A stretch of 64,000 nucleotides of DNA from Sphingobacteriales bacterium (GCA_043511425.1 CP121331.1:806470-870469), one strand, 5' to 3'; positions 51,833-63,166 are shown, numbered from the stretch's first letter. Notes: generated by a model from the sequence alone, not told the origin. A program made the numbers and translations.

Positions 51833-54800
51833 TTATTTCATTAGGTGTATTTCTCCGTTGAGATAGTACCATTTGGTTTGCTTAGGGTTGGTATACTGAA
51901 TCATATAGAGATACACTCCTTGAGGTACTGGCTTACCTTGATATGTTCCGTCCCATCGGTCAGCTACATTTGTACTGCTAAATATAATTTCTCCCCACCT
52001 ATTGTATATGGTCATCTGTAGTCTATTGACCCCTTGAGTGATTCCACCTAAACCATAGGTGTCATTTATGCCATCACCGTTTGGCGAAAATCCATTGGGA
52101 ATATGCACTAATAGATCAGCATTTACATAGACGTCCTGGTAGGTTTCATCTTCACACCCTTTGTCATTTACAATGCTAAGTGTTACTCTGTACAGACCTG
52201 AGTCCGCAAACTGATGGCCTACTGATGAACCGCTATAGAAAAAACCGTCACTGGTGCTCCAATCCCATTGTACCGGATTCCCTACAGACATATCCTTGAA
52301 CGTAACTAATTCCGTCAGCGTGCTTGGCTTTAACGGTGTAAACACAAAGTCTGCAGTAGGCAAATCAAATACGCGTACAAGGTTTGAAATACCTACAGAG
52401 TCTCTACACCCTTGATCACTCTCAGCTACAGCGCTTATTGTATACGTACCTGGAACAGTGTAAGTATGCGCATTGGCTTGATTTACAGTACCGTCGCCCC
52501 AAGTGTAGGTAATAGCACTAATTGCTCCAGAAGGTATGGTTGAATTATTTACAATGGCGGCATCAAAAGGTATACAACCACTATCCGCATCTATCTGTAC
52601 ATCTAACACTGGTAGTGGGTGAATAGCAACATCACGAGTAAGTGTATCTAAACATCCTTTATCACTTTCACTTATCAGTCGTATCTCATGATTTCCATAA
52701 GAAGGAAATACGTAAGAGACGCCACTTCCCGTGTAGTTTACCCCATCTACAGTCCACTGTAAATTCGATACGTTGCCTGAAGTTAATATACTCGAATTGG
52801 TCAATAGCGTGTTCTTTCCAAAGCACTGGTTCGATGTAGTAAATGAAGTATTTGGTACCGGGTAAATGGTAGCTACTTTTTGAATACTATCAACGCAGCC
52901 ATTTCCGCTAGTCGTGATTAGTTTAATCCTATATAAACCTTCTCCTGAAGTACTCAGTGTTGGGTATTGTTTTGTAGAACGACTTACTCCATCTACCAGC
53001 CATTGATAGCCAGATATAAACGCAGGAACTTGAATAGTACTATTATTTGTTGGAAGTATGTTCTCGCCATCGCAAACGTTTGGTGCTGTAAAATTAGCAC
53101 TAGGACTTACAAAAGACTCAAAACTATCCAGTAGGGATATACTGCATCCATTTTTAGTCATTACCTCTAGGTTCACTCGATAAATACCCGCTGAGTTAGC
53201 AGTATAGCTTGCCGTAGAGTCTGTGCCAATTGAAGTGCCATTTACTGTCCAAGCATATGCGGAGAAACTATCTAGCCCAAGACTATTCGTAGAGCTCATC
53301 TCTTGACTGTATCCCTCACAGAGGTCTGAAGTATTAATGTTTACTATATCAGGATTCGTAATTAATATACTCACAGTAGTATCTGCTTCACAGCCTAAAT
53401 CTGAGGTTGCAGTGAGTGTTACAGTCTTTTGCCCATTTGTGAGATACTGTATTTTAGCTGGAGAACCTGCACCAGTAGTTCCATTACCAAAATTCCAAGC
53501 TACCGTATAGGTGCCAGAGGATAGTGTTGTACCATCTATGAACATTGTACTGTCACTCAAACACAGTCCAGTAGCCGTAAATGCAGGAATAGGCAGTGGG
53601 TCTACCTCAATATCTTGTGTAAATGTATCGCGACAGAAACTGTCCTGCTCCATAATAAGCGTCACTTTAAACGTGCCAATACTGCCAAACGTAGAAGTAA
53701 AGTTATAGGAATTAGCAGTATCTAGTGCACTGGTATACCAGTTAGTATCCGTATAAGTGCCACCTTCCAGTATACTTGTATTCAAGAAACTATTCCCTTC
53801 TCCGAAACACGTATCGTAATAACTGAAGGACACATCCATTCGCGGGTGCTTATAAAGCTCTTTGGTCACGGTATCCTTGCATCCGCTATCAGATACTACG
53901 GCAAGCGTAATTTGATAGCTACCGCTGTCGCTAAAGAAATGGATAGGGCTTTCATCCAACGAACCGGATAAATCACTGTACATCCATCTGTTGGTATCTA
54001 TTCTTCCTGAAATTATTGAAGACTGATTAATGAAGTTTGAACTATCATAAAAACATGCATCTGAAAAAGTGAAGTCCGCTTTTGGAGTGGATTAACAACT
54101 AATGAGTCTACTATTGTATCCTTGCATTGGTTAGTGGTAATCACCTCCATACGAACCTCAAACTTACCAGTAGTATCAAATATATGCGAAATGGAATTTC
54201 CATACTTCAATCCACCAGCACCTTGTATGTTCCAAACATTAATCAATTTAGTCTCCTTTGGGGGCATTATACTTTCGTCTGTAAGAACAGTAGTTAAACT
54301 ATCACAAACCTTTGCTGTACTAAGTTTAGCTTCAGGTTTACCATATATTTTCACCTCCACAAAAGCAGAGTCATAATTAGAACATCCGTCAAAAGCAGTT
54401 TTGTAGGTATACAGTTTAGCTAGATAGGTACCGGTATCTGAGTATAAGTGTGTTGGATTTTGTACTGTATCTGTGGTGCCATCACCAAAATCCCATTCCC
54501 AGCGCACCACGGTATATTCGGCTTGTCCAATGAAATTAGTAGGTCTGCCGATACAATTCGCCACTTCTCCATTCTTTGCACTATTTGCTACTTTAGCCTG
54601 TGCAGTAAGGTCTATTACATTGGCACCTGCAGCATAGCCGTAACTTTCTACTCTCCTTCTCCATATGCAGTAGCTATGAATCCGGCATCTGCCTTTAGTC
54701 TATGATTTCCCTTGCTCACCTGAATTCTAGCATAGCTATACTGTGAGTTTCTAGGCACAGACGTAAATGACGCTGATGCTCCGTCTACTGTAAAAGATGA

Positions 54801-55988
54801 AGCCGCATAAGCCGGAATTACAATGTTAATGTAATGGTTATCTATATTAAAATACTCACTCGAATACAGCGTTACTTTTTTAAGTGTTTGCTCCAGTGGA
54901 TTTAAGATTGTCATAGAAGGATCTCCTGTAAAATTGCCCCCGCCATCACACCCTGCAGTTTTTTGAAATTGAGCTACTAGAATAGGTTTATTTGCTACAG
55001 CATATCGCACCGTGTTCTGACTTAACAGGTCAGCATATTCACCTTTATTTATATTGATTACATCTGGAGCTCCTGCGGAGTTATAAACTACTATCTGAGT
55101 ACTGTTTTCCTTAGCTATGATCCTAAAATTATCACTACTTCTTCCTAAAGCGGGAACCAGTACAAACTGATTTCCCCACGAAGTTGTTGGGTAAAGTTGT
55201 TCTAGAAGGTTGTCTGCGGTGCCACCGAAAGAGCAGTTACTCGTTATTCGTGTAAATGAACTTCCTGAGAACACGGCAACAGTTCTGCAATTGGCAGTTG
55301 ATCCAGTATCTATTACTTGAATGTGGGTTCCAGTTAAATCACCGGTATTACTAGATGCAATTCCTTGATACACCTCGTCCGCGTCTAACACTATTTGAAA
55401 GGTAGTACCAGCAGACCTAGTACCTCCGGTACTTTTACTTATATCTACTGATGGAGTTATGTTTACCACCGTGCTATCCTTACTTGCAACCACAGCAAAC
55501 TGACTTCTTCCACTCCCTGCAGCTTCTTGATATGTCATCACATAATATTCTTTACCCAGGGTACGGGTGGGAAGTACTAACGTAGCATCGCTTCTAGCCC
55601 CTTGATGGTGGTGGGCATATACTACCACCTTCTTATCGGCCTCTACCTTTACTCCTTTTGAAACTATACAGTCTGAGCAACTGATATAGGCTTTTGATAC
55701 ATCTACATTAACGACTGTTATACTATTTGCTGTAACAGTAAAACTAGTGGACCAGCTTTGACCAGGTATAGATACGGTTCCTGAAGTATTCGAATCACCT
55801 GTAATATACAGCGACATGCCAGCAATAGTGCCATCAATGTGACTCATAAAACCTATCAAGAACTCATTTCCTTCATTTGACTTTGATTGAGCGTTAACAG
55901 AATTGACAGAACCTACTAATAATGAGAGACATAAGAGTATATACCTTATAGGTTTAATTACTTTAATTATTGCTGCAGTAGTTCGCAT
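51833..55988 (-). pseudogene. T9SS type-B cargo adhesin (IgGFc-binding N domain, ~10 PKD-like repeats, gliding-motility CTD), broken by two single-base deletions; pseudogene or sequence error
   Basis: ORFs 54648-55988, 54013-54564 and 51833-53983 join if one base is added near 54651 and one near 54086 (4158 nt = 1385 aa + stop). WDFGDG PKD motifs; CTD IPNGFSPNGDGIND..IYNRWG..WDG. Confidence 0.88.
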
Positions 55989-56001
55989 TTACTTTCTTCG
56001 C

Positions 56002-56009
56002 CAAATTTA
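56002..56009 (-). promoter_or_regulatory. -7 promoter element TAAATTTG for the adhesin gene
   Basis: Exact consensus, 13 nt before ATG 55988. Confidence 0.6.
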
Positions 56010-56038
56010 GCAAAATAAAAGCACAACTACAGTCATAC

Positions 56039-57490
56039 TTAGACTTTTTTCCAGAACGCTGGAGTAACTAAAATAAGCACTGTAAACAGCTCTAACCTGC
56101 CTAACAACATAAGGAATGCCAAGAAAACTTGAGATGATTCCGAGAAGAAAGCAAAATTATGACTGGGGTCTACTCCACCGATACCCGGTCCTATATTACC
56201 CAAGCACGCTATACTCGCCCCTGCGGCAGTCACTATATCGTGACCAAACATAGCGATAACCAATGCTCCCATAATAAAAATGAAGAGGTAGATAAAAAAG
56301 AAAGCTAGCACATTATAAACGATAGATTGCTCTACACTTTTATCATTTATCCTTACTGGGATAACTGCACGTGGATGAAGTAGTCTCTTAAACTCGATAT
56401 ATCCATTTTTCAAGATAATGAGATGTCTTACAATCTTCACACCGCCAGCCGTACTTCCCGCGCTTCCACCGGTGAACATTAGGAACAATATCAACATATA
56501 CGCAAAAGGCGACCACAAGGCATAATTCGCCGTAGAAAAACCCGTAGTAGTGATAATGGTCACGACTTGAAATATCGTATGTCTAAAGCTTTCTTCAAGT
56601 CCTTGGTGATTGCCAAAATATAACGTTCCTGAAATAAGCAAGGTGAATAAAACGATGATTCCAATGTACGTTTTAAACTCTTCATTTTTTATCACCTTGG
56701 CAAAAACGCCTTTGAAAATAAAATAGAGTATGCTAAAATTTATACCACCTACAAGCATAAACGCGGTAATAATATACTCGATCGCAGGAGAATTAAATGC
56801 AGCGACACTTGCGTTTTTAGTAGAAAAACCACCCGTACTCATTGTGGTAAAAGAATGATTTACAGCATCTAACCAACTCATTCCAGCGACTTTAAGTAAA
56901 ATTGTTTCTACGATAGTTAGAAGTACATATATAATCCAAAGTCTCTTGGCTGTATCTCCTATCTTGGGGTGTAGTTTGCTGCCGGATGGACCTGGAGCCT
57001 CCGCCATAAATAATTGCATTCCTCCAACTCCAAAAAGAGGCAAAAGAGCAACAGTAAGAACTATAATACCCATACCTCCAATCCATTGAGTCATGCTTCT
57101 CCAGAGCATAATACCGGCAGGTAGTGCCTCTATATCATCCAGTATACTCGCTCCAGTGGTAGTATATCCAGACATAGTCTCAAAAAAAGCAGAAGCAAAG
57201 GAGGAAATATGACCACTAATAAGAAATGGCAGTGACCCGGTAATACCCAGAATAATCCATCCAAGGGTGACTATAAGGTATCCGTCTCGTTTTGATAATT
57301 CCTTTTTCTTGCTTCGCGTAAAGTACCAGATAATCATACCTAGATTAGCATTGATAGCCGCAGATATGAGAAGTGCACTGAAATCACCCGAAGCTTGCAC
57401 CCAAGATACAGGTAGAAGAGTGGCCATAAAAAACCCATTGAGTGTCATCAATAAGCCTAGAATATGGAGAACCGTTTTGAAATGAAACAT
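56039..57490 (-). CDS. trkH: Trk potassium uptake membrane subunit
   Basis: FETMSGYTTTGAS, QWIGGMG, STGGFS, TTTGF, GSTAGGVK, GNIGPG, LLGRLE. Confidence 0.97.
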   Translation of the reverse strand: MFHFKTVLHILGLLMTLNGFFMATLLPVSWVQASGDFSALLISAAINANLGMIIWYFTRSKKKELSKRDGYLIVTLGWIILGITGSLPFLISGHISSFASAFFETMSGYTTTGASILDDIEALPAGIMLWRSMTQWIGGMGIIVLTVALLPLFGVGGMQLFMAEAPGPSGSKLHPKIGDTAKRLWIIYVLLTIVETILLKVAGMSWLDAVNHSFTTMSTGGFSTKNASVAAFNSPAIEYIITAFMLVGGINFSILYFIFKGVFAKVIKNEEFKTYIGIIVLFTLLISGTLYFGNHQGLEESFRHTIFQVVTIITTTGFSTANYALWSPFAYMLILFLMFTGGSAGSTAGGVKIVRHLIILKNGYIEFKRLLHPRAVIPVRINDKSVEQSIVYNVLAFFFIYLFIFIMGALVIAMFGHDIVTAAGASIACLGNIGPGIGGVDPSHNFAFFSESSQVFLAFLMLLGRLELFTVLILVTPAFWKKV

Positions 57491-57495
57491 AAAAA

Positions 57496-58836
57496 TTAGC
57501 TAAATATCTCTAACGTCTGCTTTATGGAGTCTGGGAGTGCAAAAACAACCACCTTATCTCCTACCTCTATTTGAAATTCATCACTGGCTATCCATGCATC
57601 ACTATTCCTTATTATTCCTCCTACCATAGCATCTTTAGGCAATGATAAATCTCCCACTATCTTCTTGGTAGCTTTTGAGTTTTGAGCAACGTGTATTTCT
57701 ATCACCTCTGCATCTAGACCGTGTATACCCGCTATATTTATGATATCTGCTTGTCGCACATACCTGAAAATATTATTTGCTGCGATTAATTTTTTATTGA
57801 TTAGCGTATCTATTCCTATGGTTTGTGAGAGGTTTATATAATCCATATTTTCCACCATAGCTATGGTCTTCTTCACACCGTGGTTTTTAGCCACTAAGCA
57901 ACTCATAATATTGGTTTCAGAGTTTCCCGTAACTGCTATAAACGCATCCATTTCAGATATATTCTCATCTTCGAGCAAGTGTACATCATGTCCGTCGTCA
58001 TTGATTACGAGTGTTTCAGGTAGTGAATCTGCCAATTCATTGCATCTTTCTGTATTGGACTCGATGAGTTTTACATTTTTTCTTCGACTCAGTTTTTTAG
58101 CTGTATTGAACCCAACATTGCCACCCCCCATTCTCATTACATTTTTCACTTCGTGCTTCTTTTTACCACTGATTTCTCGAATCTGCTCTATACCTGTTGG
58201 CAAGCATAAGAAAAACACGTGATCATTGGCTTGGTACACAAAGTCCCCAGAAGGAATAATAGGAACGCCTTGACGCTCTATGGCTATTGTTTTAAATTTC
58301 TTATCGTCATTATACTTTTTACAATCGTCTACAGATCTATTAATAAGTCTACTTCCTTCCCCAAGATATACCCCTAGTAGAGTAAGTTTTCCAAACTCAA
58401 AATCGAAAGCATTGCTAAATGACGATCTTCTTAGCAGTCGTATAATCTCCTTAGACGCTAGCTCCTCCGGAGAAATGATAACATCAATACCTAGTCTACC
58501 TAAGTCCAACCTATCTTTTAATTTAAGAAACTCAGAATTATTGACGCGCGCTATTGTTTTCTTGGCACCTAACTGCTTACCCAATGTAGCTATTGTAAGA
58601 TTCGTAGTTTCTGAAGAGGTTACTGCAATCAATAAATCAGCATCTATCACCCCAGCACTGTCCAAAACGCTTAGCGAATATGCATTACCATGAATGGTAA
58701 GTAAGTCCATCTCAGAATCAGCTCTGCTGAGTATCTTGGCCCGAGTATCTATGAGCACTATGGAGTGTGACTCCTTAGTAAGTAACTTCGCCAAGTGATA
58801 ACCAACTTCTCCTGCTCCTGCTATTAATATTTTCAT
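57496..58836 (-). CDS. trkA: Trk potassium uptake NAD-binding subunit
   Basis: IAGAGEVG; two RCK_N/RCK_C pairs; ISPEELA; AVTGNSETNIMSCL. Confidence 0.96.
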   Translation of the reverse strand: MKILIAGAGEVGYHLAKLLTKESHSIVLIDTRAKILSRADSEMDLLTIHGNAYSLSVLDSAGVIDADLLIAVTSSETTNLTIATLGKQLGAKKTIARVNNSEFLKLKDRLDLGRLGIDVIISPEELASKEIIRLLRRSSFSNAFDFEFGKLTLLGVYLGEGSRLINRSVDDCKKYNDDKKFKTIAIERQGVPIIPSGDFVYQANDHVFFLCLPTGIEQIREISGKKKHEVKNVMRMGGGNVGFNTAKKLSRRKNVKLIESNTERCNELADSLPETLVINDDGHDVHLLEDENISEMDAFIAVTGNSETNIMSCLVAKNHGVKKTIAMVENMDYINLSQTIGIDTLINKKLIAANNIFRYVRQADIINIAGIHGLDAEVIEIHVAQNSKATKKIVGDLSLPKDAMVGGIIRNSDAWIASDEFQIEVGDKVVVFALPDSIKQTLEIFS

Positions 58837-58847
58837 TAGATGTAATG

Positions 58848-58855
58848 CAAATGTA
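58848..58855 (-). promoter_or_regulatory. -7 promoter element TACATTTG for trkAH
   Basis: Exact consensus, 11 nt before ATG 58836. Confidence 0.6.
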
Positions 58856-58925
58856 TATTTATAATAAACACATTATGGGGAGAAATAAATTATTTGAAAT
58901 GACGTCCCAAAAACTTTCCCGTGAT

Positions 58926-58933
58926 TAACTTTG
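58926..58933 (+). promoter_or_regulatory. -7 promoter element TAACTTTG
   Basis: Exact consensus, 27 nt before ATG 58961. Confidence 0.55.
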
Positions 58934-58960
58934 CTTACGCTTAATATACCAGTTCATAAA

Positions 58961-60439
58961 ATGGAAGAATACTTTGATAAGTTCCGGGAAAACATTATTG
59001 GCCTAAATACCACTATAGATACGCCCTATGGAGCTAATAAAAGAGTTATCTATGCAGACTGGACGGCGAGTGGAAGGAACTACGGTCCTATCGAAAAAAG
59101 AATAGCAGAAGACTTTATGCCTTTGGTAGCCAATACGCATACGGAGACAAACTCCACTGGTATGGCTATGACCTATGCCTACGCAAAGGCCAAGAAAATT
59201 ATAAAAACACACGTAAACGCGAAAGATACTGATGTACTGTTGTCTTGCTGTAGCGGTATGACCGGCGTCATTAATAAGTTTCAACGCATTCTTGGTTTCA
59301 GAATTCACGAACGCTACAAGTCAAATATAACACTTACTCCAGAAGAGCGGCCTGTAGTATTCGTTACACATATGGAGCACCACTCAAATCAGACGAGCTG
59401 GTTAGAAACTATAGCAGAAGTAGTTATCGTAGAGCCAAATAGTGAAGGGCTGGTGTGCATCGAAAACTTCAAATCTACGCTTGCTAAATATCAGGATAGA
59501 CCACTTAAAATAGCCGCGATTACTTCGTGTAGTAATGTCACGGGTATTATGACTAATTATCATGCGATGGCCAAAGAGATTCACCTTGTAGGAGGTTTAT
59601 GCTTTGTGGATTTCGCGTGCAGTGCGCCCTATGTCTCTATAGATATGCATCCAGAGAATGAACTTGAGAAGCTAGATGCTATTTATTTCTCACCGCATAA
59701 GTTCCTTGGCGGTCCAGGCACAACAGGAATCTTAGTTTTTGACAAAAAATTATACCACAATCAGGTGCCAGATAATCCAGGCGGAGGTACTGTAGATTTC
59801 ACTAATCCGTGGGGTCATCACAAGTTTGTAGATGATATAGAAGCTCGAGAAGATGGCGGAACTCCTGCATTTTTACAAACCATAAAGGTGGCGCTATGCG
59901 TCAACCTAAAAGAGCAAATGGGTGTAAAGAATATACTTGCTAGAGAAGAAGAAATGCTCTCTATGGTATGGAACAAACTTGGCCATATACCTAATCTGCA
60001 TATTCTAGCCAAGGAGCACAGTCATAGACTCGGAGTGATCTCTTTTTATATAGATGGGTTGCATTACAATGTAGGGGTAAAAATGCTGAATGATAAGTTT
60101 GGTATTCAGACACGTGGAGGCTGCTCTTGTGCTGGGACGTATGGTCATTATTTACTTCATGTAGATTCAGAAAGCTCTCAACAGATAACTGACAAAATAA
60201 TGGGTGGAGATTGCTCTACGCGTCCAGGTTGGATTCGAATGAGTTTACATCCTACCATGACGAATGCTGATTTAGCACTTATTTTGGATGGTATCGTATC
60301 CTTAGCCGCTCATTTTACGGAGTGGATTGATGACTATGTAATCGATCACTACGTGGGCAGAGTGGTGCACAAGTCTGAGCAGGAAACCAACAACTTGAAG
60401 CTTAGAATGGATAGGTTGCTTGAAGCGGAGCTTAGTTAA
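58961..60439 (+). CDS. Class V PLP-dependent enzyme (cysteine desulfurase/selenocysteine lyase-like)
   Basis: YADWTASGR, ANTHTE, EHHSN, FSPHKFLGGPG (PLP Lys), EDGGTP, RGGCSCAG. Confidence 0.9.
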   Translation: MEEYFDKFRENIIGLNTTIDTPYGANKRVIYADWTASGRNYGPIEKRIAEDFMPLVANTHTETNSTGMAMTYAYAKAKKIIKTHVNAKDTDVLLSCCSGMTGVINKFQRILGFRIHERYKSNITLTPEERPVVFVTHMEHHSNQTSWLETIAEVVIVEPNSEGLVCIENFKSTLAKYQDRPLKIAAITSCSNVTGIMTNYHAMAKEIHLVGGLCFVDFACSAPYVSIDMHPENELEKLDAIYFSPHKFLGGPGTTGILVFDKKLYHNQVPDNPGGGTVDFTNPWGHHKFVDDIEAREDGGTPAFLQTIKVALCVNLKEQMGVKNILAREEEMLSMVWNKLGHIPNLHILAKEHSHRLGVISFYIDGLHYNVGVKMLNDKFGIQTRGGCSCAGTYGHYLLHVDSESSQQITDKIMGGDCSTRPGWIRMSLHPTMTNADLALILDGIVSLAAHFTEWIDDYVIDHYVGRVVHKSEQETNNLKLRMDRLLEAELS

Positions 60440-60882
60440 GTATCTGAATTATCAATCACCGCCATCACAGCTCTCGCACTAGCTATTTGTCTGCGTACTC
60501 CGTCTTTTTCCGTAAATACCTTGCCTGTGGTAAATACCATTTTACCTCCGGGTTTTTCTACTTCTCCTATCGCTATTATTTTATCCCCATCTCCTGGATT
60601 TAAGTAATCTACGCTAATATTGGCAGTAACCACACCTTTGCCTACGGGCATGAGCGTGTATGCAGCAAATCCCATAGTAATGTCAAGTATGGTAGCAGTG
60701 ACTCCTCCGTGAACAAAACCATACTGTTGCTGATGTTTCTGAGCTAAACTCATCTCCCCGACTATTCTCCCAGCTTGTATTTCTGTAAGATCAAATCCCA
60801 TAAGATGCATAAAGTGTTGACCACTTAGTTTTTGCTTTATTTTTACCTTGAAGTTTGGATCCTTAGATTGAAAATCACCCAT
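60436..60882 (-). CDS. PaaI-family hotdog-fold thioesterase
   Basis: QQYGFVHGGVTATILD, VTANISVDYLNP. Confidence 0.92.
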   Translation of the reverse strand: MGDFQSKDPNFKVKIKQKLSGQHFMHLMGFDLTEIQAGRIVGEMSLAQKHQQQYGFVHGGVTATILDITMGFAAYTLMPVGKGVVTANISVDYLNPGDGDKIIAIGEVEKPGGKMVFTTGKVFTEKDGVRRQIASARAVMAVIDNSDT

Positions 60883-60890
60883 AATTTCTG

Positions 60891-60898
60891 CAAATATA
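60891..60898 (-). promoter_or_regulatory. -7 promoter element TATATTTG for the thioesterase
   Basis: Exact consensus, 8 nt before ATG 60882. Confidence 0.6.
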
Positions 60899-61065
60899 AC
60901 CTTGCAGACTATCGCATCAAGGTAACTATATTACTTAGTCGGTGGCCTATTATCAGTCTTACACCCAAGTACCACAAAATCGAAAATAATATATGTGAAA
61001 AGATAATCTTACGATTTAAGAATAAATTGTAAAGTGTAAATTTTTAGTACTTTAAAATTATGACA

Positions 61066-61386
61066 TCAAAATGTTAATTCTTCAAAAGCACCTCTAAGTT
61101 CTCCGTGAGCATGCTTCTCTCCTAACCGTTTGGTTACTGTTAGTCCTTGTTGATAGATTTCTTCTGCTAAATCATCTTCACCCATTCGCTCATATAGCTT
61201 ACCTAAGTGGTAATACGTAGCAAAGTAATCTGGCTGTTCAGTCACCAATCGTTTAAAAATAATTAAAGCATCTTCATCTTCACCTAATGCCACAAATCCC
61301 GTGGCCAAAGCATAATTTAGGAATGCGTCAGAAGGAGTTTCATTTAAAAACGTTTTAATCTGTTCTATTCTAGTGTTAGTTGCCAT
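61066..61386 (-). CDS. Small TPR protein
   Basis: P.DAFLNYALA, PDYFATYYHLGKLYE. Divergent from etfB. Confidence 0.85.
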   Translation of the reverse strand: MATNTRIEQIKTFLNETPSDAFLNYALATGFVALGEDEDALIIFKRLVTEQPDYFATYYHLGKLYERMGEDDLAEEIYQQGLTVTKRLGEKHAHGELRGAFEELTF

Positions 61387-61443
61387 GCTATTTAGCCCAA
61401 TGTTTCGTACTTTCGCACCTCAATTTTAATACAATTTTTGAGA

Positions 61444-62181
61444 ATGAAAATATTAGTTTGTGTAAGTGTGGTGCCAGATACTACCACAAAAATAACCTTT
61501 ACCGACGGTGACACTAAGTTTAATAGGGCTGGTGTACAGTTTATCATAAACCCGTATGATGAGTTATCCTTGACTAGGGCGTTAGAAATCACTGAAAAAA
61601 GCGGTGGTTCGGTTACGGTAATCACTGTAGGTGAAGCTGATACAGAACCTGTTATCCGAAAAGCTTTAGCTATGGGAGCTGGAGATGCTATACGTGTAGA
61701 TGCTGCACCTAAAGATGGCATGTATGTAGCTGCTCAAATAGCGGAACAAGCAAAATCAGGTGAATACGACTTAGTTTTGACAGGAAGAGAGTCCATAGAC
61801 TACAATGGCGGACAAGTACAGGGTCTTGTTGCAGAAATACTAGGATGGCCACTCATCAATGTGGTTACCGAACTAAACGCTGAAGGTACTACGATACAAG
61901 CGACAAGAGATATAGATGGCGGACGCGAAAAGCTTACTGCAGCTATTCCTTGTGTGGTTAGTGCACAAAAAGATCTTTGTGAGCCACGTATACCAAATAT
62001 GAGAGGTATAATGATGGCCCGTAGTAAACCACTCAATGTCGTACCTGCAGTAGACAAGTACGATTATACGAGCGTATCCAAATATGAATTACCACCAGCA
62101 AAAGGTGGCGTACGAATGATAGATGCAGAAAATGCAGAGCAATTAATTGATATTTTACATAACGAAGAAAAATTATTTTAA
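61444..62181 (+). CDS. etfB: Electron transfer flavoprotein beta subunit
   Basis: ILVCVSVVPDT, INPYDE, RKALAMGA, GRESIDYNGGQV, EPRIPNMRGIM. Confidence 0.96.
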   Translation: MKILVCVSVVPDTTTKITFTDGDTKFNRAGVQFIINPYDELSLTRALEITEKSGGSVTVITVGEADTEPVIRKALAMGAGDAIRVDAAPKDGMYVAAQIAEQAKSGEYDLVLTGRESIDYNGGQVQGLVAEILGWPLINVVTELNAEGTTIQATRDIDGGREKLTAAIPCVVSAQKDLCEPRIPNMRGIMMARSKPLNVVPAVDKYDYTSVSKYELPPAKGGVRMIDAENAEQLIDILHNEEKLF

Positions 62182-62184
62182 GAT

Positions 62185-63150
62185 ATGGCAGTAATAGTAT
62201 TCGCAGAAAGAGACAACGGAGTATATAAAAAATCAAGTTTTGAAGCAGTAACCTATGGGAAGGACTTAGCCACCAAATTAGGTACTGACTGTATCGCCCT
62301 TTCCATTGGAAATAAAGGTCCAGAGAATTTAGGTCCATATGGAGCAGATAGAGAACTAAATATCTCAGGAGACGTTTTTTTAACGTTTAATCCGCAGGCT
62401 TATGCTAAAGCAATAAGCGAGATAGCAGCTGCTAATAATGGAGATACAATAGTAATTTCTCAAACATACACCGGCAAATCAATAGCTCCACTAGTAGCCA
62501 TAAAAGCAGATGCTGCATTGGTCACGGGTGTAGTAGCTATGGCTGATACGGATGGAGGATTTACGGTGAAGAAAACTAGCTTTTCTAGTAAAGCCATAGC
62601 GCATGTATCGTTAAACCATGCCAATAAGGTACTCACAGTGATACCTAATTCGTACATGACAAAGCAAGATGGTGCAGACATTACGGCAGAATCTGTGAAC
62701 GTATCAGTGAGTGATAGTGATGTAAATACAACTATACTCTCCACTGATAAGGAGACCGGTAAAATACCACTTACCGAGGCTGAACTTGTAGTATCTGCAG
62801 GTAGAGGGTTAAAAGGAGCAGAAAACTGGCACATGGTGGAAGACTTAGCTGATGCATTAGGAGCAGCTACAGCATGCAGTAAGCCTGTGAGTGATATGGA
62901 GTGGAGACCACACAGTGAGCACGTAGGACAGACAGGAATTACCATAAAGCCAAATTTATACATAGCAGCGGGTATATCTGGTGCGATACAGCACCTTGCA
63001 GGTGTAGGTAGTAGTAAGGTGATTTGTGTAATAAATACAGACCCAGAAGCTCCATTCTTTAAAGCAGCTGATTATGGAATAGTTGGAGATGCATTTGATG
63101 TACTTCCACGACTACTCAAACGTGTAAAAGAAGTAAAGGGATTAGCGTAA
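62185..63150 (+). CDS. etfA: Electron transfer flavoprotein alpha subunit
   Basis: VVSAGRGLKG, HVGQTG, LYIAAGISGAIQHLAG, INTDPEAPFFKAADYG. Confidence 0.97.
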   Translation: MAVIVFAERDNGVYKKSSFEAVTYGKDLATKLGTDCIALSIGNKGPENLGPYGADRELNISGDVFLTFNPQAYAKAISEIAAANNGDTIVISQTYTGKSIAPLVAIKADAALVTGVVAMADTDGGFTVKKTSFSSKAIAHVSLNHANKVLTVIPNSYMTKQDGADITAESVNVSVSDSDVNTTILSTDKETGKIPLTEAELVVSAGRGLKGAENWHMVEDLADALGAATACSKPVSDMEWRPHSEHVGQTGITIKPNLYIAAGISGAIQHLAGVGSSKVICVINTDPEAPFFKAADYGIVGDAFDVLPRLLKRVKEVKGLA

Positions 63151-63166
63151 GGGCTAACTTGTCGCA

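Noticed and set aside
54075-54095. Programmed -1 frameshift at C_CAA_AAG in the adhesin
   Set aside because: Slippage at A_AAG would give PLQKADF, but the repeat consensus needs PLPKADF, so the lesion lies before the A-run. The other site has no slippery motif.
54645-54655. TAG read-through or alternative genetic code
   Set aside because: The conserved continuation (ESYGY) is in the -1 frame, not in frame after the TAG. TAG ends many normal genes in this window.
58120-58145. TrkA second RCK_N motif reads VMRMGGG rather than hydrophobic-hydrophobic-GGG
   Set aside because: A single ATA>AGA change would explain it. I cannot tell variant from base-call error without reads or an alignment.
6184-62963. 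Numerous 60-170 aa antisense or overlapping ORFs in the six-frame track
   Set aside because: They lie opposite or inside well-supported genes and carry no recognisable motifs; they are shadow ORFs.
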